From the NCBI GenBank assembly GCA_013265495.1, contig MU058844.1, positions 1 to 64,000 of the forward strand: 64,000 nt of DNA, written 5' to 3'. The notes below the pieces were generated by a model. It was not told the DNA's origin. It saw only the letters and a program-made list of their open reading frames with translations, and ran no database searches. A program made the translations under genes and the position numbers. Each line of letters starts with the position of its first letter. Position 1 is the stretch's first letter. Positions 13,945 through 24,749 of this stretch are shown here, piece after piece. The stretch comes from Vicugna vicugna (taxonomy: Eukaryota).

Positions 13945-15650
13945 AAAATACTAAATTAAAACTACTGAAAAGCCATTATAATTTTTTAAAAGTACAGTAG
14001 TGGCATAGGATGGTACAAAAAATTAGTAAAAATTAATAGAGAACTTAGATATATGTGTGTGTGTATTTTATTGTGGAGAAATGTAATTAACAGTCTCATC
14101 ACAATTGGATATATTCCTTGAAGAAAATAAATTTGGAACCCCTAGTTTACATTAATTTCAAAAATAAATTCCTGACGTATCAAAGAGTAGAAAGTGAAAA
14201 TAAACCAATAATTAAAATTTTAGAAAAAAATAGAATACTTTCAATGCACTTATTCACTGGAGAAATCTTTCTAAGACAGGACTATGTGAGATACACATAC
14301 ACACATAAATATTACACACATACACAGATCAAATTTTAAGGTATTTGTAATGCAAGAGATACAAACTCAAAGTCACTAGGCAAACAATTTAGGGAAAATA
14401 TTTTGAATTCAAATAATAGATTAAAAACTATACAATATTTATACTATACGAAAAACTTACAATTTAATAAGATAACGACGTTCAATCCAATAGCAAAATG
14501 GGTTGGGGCTATGAATAGGCAATTGAGAGAAGAGCAAGTACAGTAAAATGCTCAACCTTCCCCCAACAGACAGAGAAATGAACATTAAAACTGCCATGAT
14601 GATACCCATCAGAGTGGCAAAAATAAAACTGAAATAGCACCTATTATTAGCAGAGGTGGGAGGCAAGGCAGGGCACTCTCACATACCACTGGTGGAAATG
14701 AGAAAAGGAAATTCATGATCTCTATTAAAAATTTAAATGCATATACAATTCAACCTGGCAATCCCACCCCTGGGATTCTATGCTGTGGAATAAATGCTCT
14801 AGTATTTAACTATATGTATTCAAGGATGATTATGGCAGCATTATTTTCAGTAATAAAAAGCTGGTAGCAAATTAAAAGTCCATTAATAAAAGAATAGCCG
14901 AATGAATTATGATAATCCTTACAGTAGAATATTATGAAAGAATTAAAAATTAATGATCTATACTACTTGACCTGGGGAAATTTCCATTACATGTTGTTAA
15001 GATACAGAAAATTATATATCCCTAATCCCTCTAAAAATGCCCTCTTGAACCTTACGTGTTACATGTGTATGTAAAAATACACCTACGTGTACATAATACA
15101 TAATAAAAGTTATGTGGAAGGATGGTCATTGAAATGCTAATAGTTGTCCTCTCAGAAAGGTCGATTTCAGTTGATTTTTACTTGTTTCCCCAATGTACTG
15201 TTTGATTTTTGTTGTTGTTTTGGGCAATGAGTATGTTCAATTTATAGCAGAAGAAAAAAGAAAGACTTTTCCTCATTGTGGAGAGGAAAAAATTGGACAA
15301 ATGCTTAAGCTGTACGCCTAAGTTAGGATACCTCATTTATTATTTACAAACAGGAACATCCTGTAAAAAAATATATCTTAAATTAGGTTTGGGTTAAATA
15401 AATTATGATCCAGCTATGAAAATACTACAAAGTAGTCATTTAAAATTATATTGATGTATAAAATATTCATGTTTTATTGTTAATAGAAAAGCAAAACTAT
15501 TAAAAAGAACACAGAGCATACCATTTGGGAGGAAAATATATTTCATGTGTATATGTCTATTTATATGTACATATATAAATACATATATTTACACAAAGAA
15601 ATTATATAGAAGCATTTTGAAGGCGATACATCAAAACATATTAACAGGGT
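13945..15650 (+). mobile_element. Ancient L1M-type ORF2 3' end and 3' UTR fragments (part 3)
   Basis: Degenerate L1 3' sequence (gggcactctcacataccactggtgg; acctggcaatcccacccctgggatt). Confidence 0.7.
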
Positions 15651-16395
15651 TTATCACTTGCTGTCAGGCTTTTATTTTCTCACCTCTATTTTCCAGTCTT
15701 CCCCTATTATATCATGTGTGCTTATGTCAACAAAGAAAGTGCTGAACTCTGCTTTCCTCTTTCCATCGTCCTTCCCCAATATGAGCTGGCTATTCCTCAG
15801 TTCCAAGGAGGAAGAGGAATTACCCAGAGGACAGAACATGGTTGGGACATCTCCTAGCCACCCCTTGATGCAAGCACGCAATCAAGCGGTTCAGACTCAG
15901 ACCCCCAGTGAGTCTGAGTTGGTATCACTTCTGGGGAGTGTGCCTTCTCCATCTCTGTCATTTATGCTTCAGTGACATGGACAAAAACATAGAAGAGGAC
16001 AGATCAGCCTCCCAGAGTGACCAGGTATCCTGTGTGGAGGTCCCAGCTTTGTGGATCGATAACAGCTGACCATGTCTCGGGGGAGGCTAGGCTAGAAGTA
16101 TGACATGGGAAAGTTTGTGGGAAGCCAGGACAGGAATTGGGTCTAAAGAAAAAGGCTGAGGCAAGAAAAGACAGTCAGCCCCAGATGGGGTAAGGGTGGT
16201 GTTTCCTCAAGGCAGAGATGCGAAAGGGGGAACCGTTTTGTAGGAGCTTTGGGGTGTGTTGGAGTCCCTGAGTGCTTTAAAAGGCCACACTCATGCAGAA
16301 GCAGCGGTTCTTGGTTGCTAATACAGAATATACTACTTTAAACATTTACTGTGTATTTATTTTTCAGTAACACCTAATCTCATCTCTTTCATTCT

Positions 16396-16660
16396 AATAG
16401 CTTTCAAACTTTTGAACTGAGACCCACAGAGAGAAATACGTTTGAACTCAGAACCCATCACATGTATCTATTCATTCTTAACTGAAATCCAAGTTCAAAA
16501 ACCAACGTCTATTGTTATTACACATGATACTCTCTGATACCTGTCTTCCCTTGTGTTCACTTCCCTTCCCTTTTCTTTCATTTATAAAGATGCTGGTTTT
16601 GACCCACCACCTGGATTCCTTGACTTACTAATGAATTGTCATCTGCAGATTGAAAACACT
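16396..16660. mobile_element. hAT-Charlie-type non-autonomous DNA transposon
   Basis: Imperfect terminal inverted repeats (gctttcaaact ... gattgaaaacact) and a gacccacag core. Confidence 0.6.
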
Positions 16661-17039
16661 TTTGAGTTCTGGTCAGGGGTTCAGCCACCGTTCTGTGCAA
16701 CCCAGCTTCTTCTAAACTGCTGTGCCCACCCTCAGCACAAGCACCGAAGCTCTTCCCACTCCTCCAGCAAACCCTCTGTCTCACCACCCCCCGCCTCTAA
16801 TGACCCCCTCCCCCTCAGCCCATCCTCCCACTTCACTTTTACCTGATCTCTCAGTTCAACAGAGATGGAACAAAAAAGCATTTCCCCAATTATGGCAAAC
16901 ACATCCATTCAATATGATTTTAGGGACACACCAATAAACATTTTTCTTTTACCACTTACATCCTTCTTTTTTCCAACTGCCTTCTAGTCATAACAAATAA
17001 TGCTTATCTTCTCTTTATAATAATTAAAGCTAAGAACAG

Positions 17040-17760
17040 TTAAATTTTATTCAACATTTACCACATCAGGCGCTGTTTAAAGAGCTTTATATGTATGGAC
17101 TTGCTTAATCTCCATTACAATCCTATGAAGCAGTTACTATTGTTATCATCATTTTACAGATGAAAAAAATTGAGGCACAGAGAGATTAAGCACTTGCTTA
17201 AGATAACAGAGCTGGTAAATGGAGGAACCAGGAGATCTAGCTCCTCAGAAGAAACAACTCTAGCAACAGTCTGAATTCAAGTCCTAGCTCTACCACTTTC
17301 TAGCTGTGAGATCTTAGGTGAGTTATTTAACCTATTTGGGCCTCGGTTTCCTCAAGAGAATCTAACATACCACCAATTTAAATGCAACTAAGAAAGAATT
17401 AAAAATGTAAATTAAGAATTATATGCTTTCTTATCAATTACGTGATGCATTCTGATAACAGATAATGTTAAAATGTGAAAGAAAACAATGAACATCTTAG
17501 AAACAGTAAAATACCCAAATACTACCTACCTTGTAGGGTTGCCAAGAAGAGTAAATTAATCAAGGGTTTATTCTGGTGCCTGGCAGAGAGGCAGTCCTTA
17601 ATAAATGCTAGCTATTCCGGCTGTTAAAATGATTGTGTCTGCTTACTAGATAAGGAAACTGAGGCACAGAGAGATTAAACTCCTGTTCTCAGGTCACTGG
17701 GTAGGAAACTGGTAGTGCACAGATTTAGCTGAAGTTGTGGACTCTCCGGCTGGCTCAGGC
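17040..17760. mobile_element. Cluster of MIR SINEs, one split by a MER104-like TcMar element (~17360-17515)
   Basis: MIR core motifs (ttttacagatgaaaaaaattgaggcacagagag; tgggcctcggtttcctca); MER104-like atgttaaaatgtgaaag...catcttagaa. Confidence 0.75.
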
Positions 17761-19499
17761 CGCCTCTCTCACAGTCGGTGAGGCCCGCCCTGGGGGGAAG
17801 ACCGCATCACTGGGCCTTCCCTTCCTCTCGGTGCCTTAATCAAGGACCACTGGGCCCACTGGCTTCAGGGTCTCCAGATGGTCTTTGCCTTTCTTGTTTG
17901 AAAGAGTCCTGAGAGTCATAGTAATGCACCACACTGCTCACACTTCCAGGGAGGTGCCTAGTCTTTCTGACTCAAAGCAAAGTACCAAATGCATAAGTGC
18001 CCATTCCACTTAAGGCCTTCACTCCCACTTTCCACACACACTCAGATGTGGCCAGAAATGGTCCAAACCCTATAATCTTTCATAGAGTTGAGATAAGTTA
18101 AGTGGGTAGTGTTTCTCCAAAATTCCTCTTCCAAGCACTTAACACTGATGTATCTCCCTCCCTTTTTCGCTCGCAGAATAGATGTTTGGAAAAAATGTCA
18201 TTTGTGAAGAAGGAAAAAAATGACTAAAATGTGGATTTCCACTCCTACCCTCATAGAAAAGCTCTTGGAGCTACTGTTAATGCTCTCTCCAGTGGCTATT
18301 TCTCTATTAAACACACGCATGCACACAGGTGCACACACACCACACATGCATGCATACTCCCACTTTCACCATTCACACGAACATTTTCTTCACACAAATT
18401 CTCTACCTTGTATTTTTAAACATTTTTGCTTCATAGCCACAGCTTTGAGGTAATTATTTCGCATTTTTTAATGTATATCAGAAGTGGCATTTGCATGTGT
18501 CTGGCAGCGGGCTTGGGGGAAGCGATTCAGAAAGGGCTAATTTGCTAATAGCTAGAAGACAGAGCCTTGAGACGCCTGCTTAATCTGGGGTTCTTGGCAG
18601 GCTGTTCTGGAAGGAAAACTATCCTCTGAGAAGATGGGTTAGCACTGACTTCCACACCTAAGGACAAAGGCTTTCTTGTAGAGAGAGCACTAGGTCTTGG
18701 GTGATGTCTTAGTACAGACATTTCATATTGGAACAAAGGTTACAGCTGACACTATTAATTGCAGCCTTTTCCAGATAATTACTTTCTCTTTTACCCTGTT
18801 GGGACTGATTATGTTCTCAAGAAAAAGCTTCCTGGGGTGAGCTTTTCTTACTTGTCATCCGCTTTTGTCTTCAGCAAGAGCACAAAAGTGAGACAGGGTG
18901 CAGCCCAGTCACACACCTGCTTTCTCCTGCCCTGTCATCTGGGACATGTCTGAGGGCACTTTGGAACTGAGAATTGTCCTCCAGAGACAAGGGAGGAGAG
19001 CACACCCATGGGAAACTGGATATTGAGTGTTGCCTGCAGCCCCCTGGGACTTGTGAATTTTAATACTTTGAACCACGACTCTTCCTGAGGGTCCTCCATT
19101 CTTTTTCTCTCAGGCTAAACCCCTCCCTGGTGCCCTCTTGTAGTCAACTACCCTTTGTTGTTGACTGTTGTTTATAGCCCACCAAGAGCCTAAGGCACTC
19201 ATTCTTTGGCTATTTCCTTTAAACTGCAAGACAGGCTTTCCAGCTTCCAGGTCAAGTGGTTCTTCTTAGAGTCTCAGCCTGAGGCGGCTACCTTCTGCTG
19301 TGATCAGGGCAGGCTCACTCCCCAAAACCAGGAATCATCAGCTTCACCACCTTTTGGAGGAGAGGTCCAGTGCCCCCTCCTGATTCCAGAAAGAGGGTAT
19401 GATATTTTTCCCAATGCAAAAGAATATTTTAGTTGCCTTACAGAGCCAAATCTAAAAGTGTCCCCAAAGAGGAAATTAAACCCTAGGGTCAACTTTTAG

Positions 19500-19732
19500 T
19501 CTCCACCCACAAAGGCACCATTTTAATGGAATATTTTCCAACTTCAAAATTCTGAAGATCCAATCCACCCCAGGAACCCCTGTTTCATATATATTTTACA
19601 ATGATTGAATAAAAGTTTGTTAAAAATTAATATTTTTTACTTAATATGTTATCTGTACTTTTCTCATTATCTAATATTTTTCTACTTTATGATTTTATGA
19701 CTTTATGCACCATTTAGTGTTCAATTGCATGG
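19500..19732 (-). pseudogene. Bornavirus-like L (EBLL), distal segment, probable continuation beyond the MaLR insertion
   Basis: Minus-strand IIVKYI*NRGSWGGLDL (from 19605) then SIK (19530-19522) aligns with BoDV-1 L FIKGYVSKNAKWPPVHL...SIK (recalled); weaker than the proximal segment. Confidence 0.5.
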
Positions 19733-19734
19733 TA

Positions 19735-20760
19735 GATCAGCCTGACTGGGTTAGGCTGCAGTAACAAACACCCCCAAAATCACAGTGCCATGAAACAACA
19801 ATGCTTAATTTCTTGCTCATTCTGTTAGAGCAGGCAGATAGCTAGATATGAGCAGAGAAAGAGGGACATAGACCAAATGGCAGGAATTGGGCAGAAAGGA
19901 GGGGCACAAGCCAAATGCAGGAAACAATACATGATGTAAGCACCAGGGGTCCCTGGGCAGAGAAAGAAAAGCAGGAACCTTTGGGCTGATAAGGGGTCAT
20001 ACCTTTTGGGGTGATGAGTAGTCTGGAGACCAACAAAGAAAGGTGAGAAAAGGCAGGAATTTCCAGGGTCTGAATGTAACCTTTTGTTCATTATGCCCTC
20101 ATTTCAATAAAATTAGCCTTGCAGATCAGAAGTAACCATCATGCACTGAAGCCATGACACTTCAGATCCAGACTAAATAAGGACAAAAATCCCTCCTCTC
20201 TTTGGGAAGGTGGAGTTGAGATGATAATCAAGGAATAAGACCCCAAACCTTCCCCTCCACGATGAATATTCCACCCAACCATTTTTACACCCTATGTAAC
20301 TAACTTGCCAAAGAAACACAGGGCAGCCACTCACCTAAGCCTGCCCGCTCTCCCCTTGAGAGAGTACTATCCATCCTTTACTAAATTCTCACTTTATTTT
20401 TTAACCACCATGTCTTGTCTCTGAATTCGTTCTGGGGCGGGACAAGAACTGGAACACTAGTTGCATCCACCAGCAACAATTCTATGTGTCTATTGTGGGT
20501 CAACTTGGGGCTCTGTTCATATCGTTCTTACTCTAGGACCAGGCAGAAGGAAAACTGACCATGGAAAATTACACAATGGTCCTTAAAATTTCTGCCTGAA
20601 AGCATCATGTTATTTGCTCTTTTTGTTATTTACATTTCCTTAGCTAAAGTTAGCCACATGGCCTCCCTTAACATAAAGTGGGCAAAGAAATATAATCCTG
20701 CCATGTGGACAGAAGAAAAGCTGGAAACATTTTGCAGATAGCACTAATAATTACCATAAA
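19735..20760 (-). mobile_element. MLT1-type MaLR LTR, split by an ERV LTR
   Basis: ggctgcagtaacaaacacccccaaaatcacagtg at the left end; agccacatggcctcccttaac...gcactaataattaccata at the right end. Confidence 0.75.
19823..20478 (+). mobile_element. ERV solo LTR (ERV1-type)
   Basis: TGTT...AACA termini; 4-bp TSD attc at 19819-19822 and 20479-20482. Confidence 0.85.
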
Positions 20761-20769
20761 TAGATATAA

Positions 20770-21800
20770 CACAATAAACCAATATCCTATTTTTGGACAC
20801 ATGTTTTTTCCAAATTTTGCGTAAGCTGAATAACGGTTTGGAACCATAATTCTTTAGGATGTCCAATGACTCCCAAAGAATTTCAGATGGAAATATTAGT
20901 GAATACAATCGTTTATACTGACTTGGTGTAAATCTTACATTATGAGTCCCAGGCAGTGATATGGGAGTGGATCTTGGCCTCCAGCATTGCTCCAGATAAC
21001 AACAGATCGAAGTAAAATAGGCAATAAATGAGTCATATTATTCAAATCTGCTTCTTAGACTATCTAAGAATTGTTTATCTATTGTCTGTTTTTTAAATTA
21101 ATGAATCCTCTACACCTTTGTATAGGAAGATTTCCTGTATTATCAGATCCAGCTAAAACTTCACCAGTTTGCAAATTATCCATCAGCTGTTGCCCCTGCT
21201 TCTGAATCTGTGCAATTTTTTGGATGTCCCAATGAACACCTGTGGTTTCAGGTACTGTCTTCCAGCTTTTCCAGATGATCTCACATGGAAATTTGCTCAG
21301 ACACCCACGTACATATTACCTCTAACTATGAACAAGTCCATCTACAATCTAATCATACCCTCCACATCCAGTGACATTAAATTTATTTAAGAGCAAATGA
21401 GCTAATGGGCTAATATCCAACATTTGCTCTAGGGGCTGGCTACTGTCCAAGGTAAATCAAGATACTCAGGGAGGTAATACCACAAAACATCTTGGCAAAC
21501 TCAAATTCAAGGACCAATGCTGTCCAGAACCAGTTGTGCAACTGGTATCTGTGTAAATATTGGCTGGACATAGTCAGTGACTATTCTGGCTAAGTTATCT
21601 TGTCACAACTGCAAGATGAGAGGCAACATGGCACTACTTTCCATGTTGTGTGAAAGGTGAAGGTCATATTCAACTATTGCTGTTCTCACTGAAACATCCA
21701 TCCTATCATTCTATGTGTGTATTACAAGCATCCTTTCAATTACTTTTGTTATATCTTTCGTTAATTTAAAATACTCATTTTTAAATACATTTGCAAAATA
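20770..21800 (-). pseudogene. Bornavirus-like L polymerase N-terminal region (EBLL), decayed
   Basis: Collinear matches to BoDV-1 L (recalled): RMDVS~RTDQS (21704); QL*QDNLARIVTDYVQPIFTQI...IGP*I*VCQDVL~QIKARNLASCDYYLLFRQV...IGVLIRAAEAIL (21611-21483); YD*IVDGLVHS~YQRIVGQVSYS (21357); LAGSD~LAAAD (21156); FLDSLRSRFE*YDSF~FLDHIINMIDIIDSI (21070-21026); GTHNV~GRHNV (20950-20936); VQK~VQK (20798). Confidence 0.85.
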
Positions 21801-21834
21801 CTGTATAAAACAAAGACAAGTAGAATTCTTTATT

Positions 21835-21930
21835 GCAAGACTTCTTAGTGCCTTTAATATGCTAATATATTGTAAATCCTCAAGAGGTACCTAGTGTTTG
21901 TCAATACAAATGATCTCGGTGCATTTATTT
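21835..21930. mobile_element. Short hAT-type DNA transposon fragment
   Basis: gacttcttagtgcctttaatatgctaatatattgtaaatcctcaagagg resembles an ancient hAT-Charlie MER core; family not certain. Confidence 0.45.
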
Positions 21931-22907
21931 AAAAGAAAGAAACAAAGTATCATTAATGAAGAAGGAAATGTTCTTCCTCTTTCCTGACCTGTATCCTCTA
22001 AGAAAACTTCTTACTAAGTTTATTCAGCATCTCTCCCTTAATTTGGTAGTCACCTCGTGGTCCTTCCTACGCAAACCTAACTACTCAGAGGCTAGAAGAC
22101 GCAGAATATCTGGAATAGGTGATTGTCAGCACAGTGCAAGGACTTTCTCAAAAAAAAAATTGAAATGATGGGAAAAAGGAGGAGAGGAAGAAAAGGGAAT
22201 ATCCTATAAGGATAGGGGGTGTCCAGGATAGTTTTGGGGGAGTTGTGTACAAAGAATTGGTGAAGAGAGCTCTTGGAGAGGCTTTGAGAAGTGAGACAAT
22301 TTTAGAAGAATGAAGAAAAGAAAAATTTAAGAAATGATATTGTGAATTATGAATTTGATCTCTTTTAATATTTTCTGAGAAATGCAAGAAAGGGAAAGAT
22401 AGTGATCACACCTTACTATTGAACTATGTTTCTTTGAATGCTCACCATATTGAGACTGGCCACCTGAGCCCTAGGATTTATTCAGGTTAAAACAGAACAC
22501 CTCCACACCAGTAATATCTTTAGAGAACTGCTGAGTAACACCGTTTTTCAATGCACACAGCTAGGAATAGAGATAGGGAATTAAATAAAATTTTATTGTT
22601 TTTGGCCCAAGGGCCTTTTGAAGTTTATAGAACAAAGATGAGAAACAATAGCGCATTTTTTTAAATGGTAAGGACTGAAACAAAACTGAGAATAAATTTT
22701 TGAGCATGAGACAAGGTTACATCTTAGAAACTGATCTCATGAAAGAAAACATCAGAACAATAATTTCTCACACAATTTTAATTGTTGCTTTGATTGAAAC
22801 ATAAAATTGTCAGTTCAAATTAAGCCTTTAACAACTCCACTTTGAATTTACATTAAGCCTAAGCCATCTGTTTGGCTAACTATGGATGTGAATTGTGTTA
22901 ACACATC

Positions 22908-23017
22908 ATACTACCTCATCAGATTGTTAGGATGACATGAATTAATATATGTGAAACATTTAGAACAGGACCTATCATTTAGTTAGGGTTCCACATATTT
23001 AGTTATCATTTTTATTA
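22908..23017 (+). mobile_element. MIR 3' portion, lying inside the EBLG
   Basis: ctacctcatcagattgttaggatg...atgtgaaacatttagaacagg...agttatcatttttatt matches the MIR 3' end. Confidence 0.75.
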
Positions 23018-23293
23018 CCAAACTTCACTACTTTAAAACGTTAATTTCCTTGCATTTGTTGTAACATCTCTGAAGCTGGGGTAGTGTGCCATAAACTGAC
23101 TGGTAGCATTTTCTTCTTCTTTTTTTAATGGAGGTACTGGGGATTGAACCCAGGACCCTGCGCATGCTGAGCATGCACGCTGCCACTGATATACCTCCTC
23201 TCTTTTTTTTTTTCTTTCGTCTTTCTTACTGATACATCAAATAAGACTATTTCTGACTGACAATTGATGGTGTTTTTTAATTCAATAAAATAT
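23018..23293 (+). mobile_element. MER104-like TcMar DNA transposon carrying a SINE insertion
   Basis: taacatctctgaagctgggg...tggtagcattttcttc / gatacatcaaataa...caattgatggtgt...ttcaataaaata. Confidence 0.7.
23120..23215 (-). mobile_element. Camelid tRNA-derived SINE (Vic-1-like)
   Basis: Reverse complement of the 24252 element (atggaggtactggggattgaacccaggacc). Confidence 0.8.
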
Positions 23294-23783
23294 CTTATTA
23301 TTACTTGTTTCTTTTTCTCCATTATTTTTGGATGTTTTACTGTATTTTCCTATTCCATAAGCGATCGCCTTTCTTTTTAAATATTCCCTGTCAAATATAT
23401 ATATATTTTTATATATTATATAAAATATAATATATAAATATATTATAAGAAACAAAATATCACCAGTCTCCCCACCCCTACCTCTATTAAGGCCTACCAG
23501 GGTGAAAGATCTTTGTGGATAACCAAGGTTTCATATGATATACTGCCCATTTATTGTACCTTGGGTAATATTTGATAAAGAGCTTGAAATAAACAACAAA
23601 TCAATCAGAAGAGAAACTTCAAGTCAGGAATGATAAAGAAGAGAAGACTTGGTGTAGAGCGATGAGCCTTGTAAAATACATAGACATCTTTCTAACCAAC
23701 ATCCATGTCATCAACTGCTGGGTTTACTAAGAATCTCCATTCTCTCAAACACCTGTAGTAGAAACTTTGGGTACACAAATCTC

Positions 23784-24174
23784 TGTCAATCAGGAGTCTT
23801 TGGTGACAAGCAGCAGAAACCAACTCTCGGCAACTTAACCAAAAAGGGAGACTTCTGGAAGGATGTGGAACAGCAAAAAGAACAGACTCATAGAACCAAA
23901 TTCAGAAATGGCTGGAGAACCCAGCTTGTCACCAGAGCAACCTTATGTATCTTTACGGTGTCACCTGACCTTCTTTCCTGGGAGCTACTGCTATATGAAA
24001 TGAACAGCATGGGTCATGTGCCTGCTCCAAGCTGAGGAAGAGCAGGGAAACTTGATTATGGTCTGATCAAGCTGTGTCCACTGGGGTGAGATAAATCTTC
24101 AAAAGGAACCAGGTGCTACTATCAAGGGAGTACGGCTAGATGTTGGCCTGCCAACACCCAACAAATGTCCACTA
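23784..24174 (-). mobile_element. MLT1-type MaLR LTR inside the EBLM
   Basis: tgtcaatcaggagtctttggtgacaagcagcagaaaccaactc ... caacaaatgtccacta. Confidence 0.75.
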
Positions 24175-24251
24175 CTGATCTGACCAATAACAACCAGTCG
24201 CTGGTCATTCTAGCATGCTACATTCCACAATCAGTATGAAAATCCATTGCA

Positions 24252-24411
24252 GGGGGGAGGGTATAGCTCAGTGGTAGAGTGCATGCCTAGCATGCATGAG
24301 GTCCTGGGTTCAATCCCCAGCACCTCCATTAAAAAAAAACGAAAACAAACAAAAAAAACCTAATAACCTCCCTCGCAAACAAATAAACAAAAACAAAAAA
24401 TTAAAAAAAAA
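24252..24411 (+). mobile_element. Camelid tRNA-derived SINE (Vic-1-like)
   Basis: Pol III A box tagctcagtgg and B box ggttcaatccc; A-rich tail; perfect 14-bp TSD gaaaatccattgca (24238-24251, 24412-24425). Confidence 0.92.
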
Positions 24412-24440
24412 GAAAATCCATTGCAAACTAGAAAGAACCA

Positions 24441-24720
24441 TCAGCACACCTTGTAGTCCTTGCATCCAGAAGGTATCTTCCCTGCCAGCACTGTAAACAA
24501 AGGACTTGAGGGTAACATGCGTGGGGCAAATATCATCCAGCCCAACCTACTGCCAACATTCACACTCCACAAGCAGCACCACGTGGCTGAAATTGCACAC
24601 TGCAAGGAAAGGCACTTCCTGAGGGCACCCCCAGATTTCTCCTTTGTCTTTGCTGTGCTTACACAGCTACGAGCCTGGCATGATCATACAGGTGAATCTC
24701 ATTAGCTCATGTTCAAAATA
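24441..24720 (-). pseudogene. Candidate bornavirus-like phosphoprotein C-terminal remnant (EBLP)
   Basis: APRMLPSSP (24527-24501)~APMLPSHP, then KIPSG~QLPSA and a stop at 24443; upstream VVLL and AVG~VDLL..AVG in shifted frames; sits exactly between N and M. Confidence 0.45.
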
Positions 24721-24749
24721 CTCAAATTTGTTTTAATGTACAAGATTAA

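Larger units (their letters stand above)
21761..23550 (-). pseudogene. Bornavirus-like glycoprotein (EBLG), decayed and interrupted by MIR, MER104, SINE and DNA-transposon inserts
   Basis: Collinear matches to BoDV-1 G (recalled): start MGSISYETLV (ATG 23550); GVVKG~GTVKG (22838); CVRNYCSDVFFHEI~CNWFYCCSAITTEI (22774); VLFQSLP..MRYC~VAVQTFPPFMYC (22686); SSIVRCDHYLSLSC~SSINVTCANYTSSC (22425); KRD~furin RRD (22366); NCLTSQSL~DCEILQSL (22301); LDTPY/LIGY~LNHPDIIGY (22226); CTVLTITYSRYSAS~CHRVNVTFMAWNES (22138); hydrophobic tail ILLVFVLYSIL (21826). Confidence 0.88.
23470..24465 (-). pseudogene. Bornavirus-like matrix (EBLM), decayed, split by an MLT1 LTR and a SINE; start uncertain (ATG at 24465 or 24441)
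   Basis: Matches to BoDV-1 M (recalled): LIVE~LMLE; ICVPKVS~LNIPFLS (23780); REWRFLVNPAVDDMDVG*KDVYVFYK~REKKLTDYFTIDVEPAGHSLVNIYFQ ungapped (23745-23668); TINGQY~AINAAF (23557). Confidence 0.7.

Noticed and set aside
20840..20950. Tyrosine-recombinase-like HxxR...W..Y motif (THNVR...WESLDILKNY)
   Set aside because: Spacing is imperfect, and GTHNV is better explained by bornavirus L GRHNV in context
20770..21710. Filovirus L-like reading (IPVAQLVLDSI, a frameshifted HW-GHP, KKHV)
   Set aside because: Spacing is about 80 codons too short for filovirus L. Bornavirus L fits better, and bornavirus-like G, M and N lie upstream.
24252..24330. tRNA gene
   Set aside because: It has A/B boxes but also an A tail, TSDs and paralogues at 23120 and 52957, so it is a SINE
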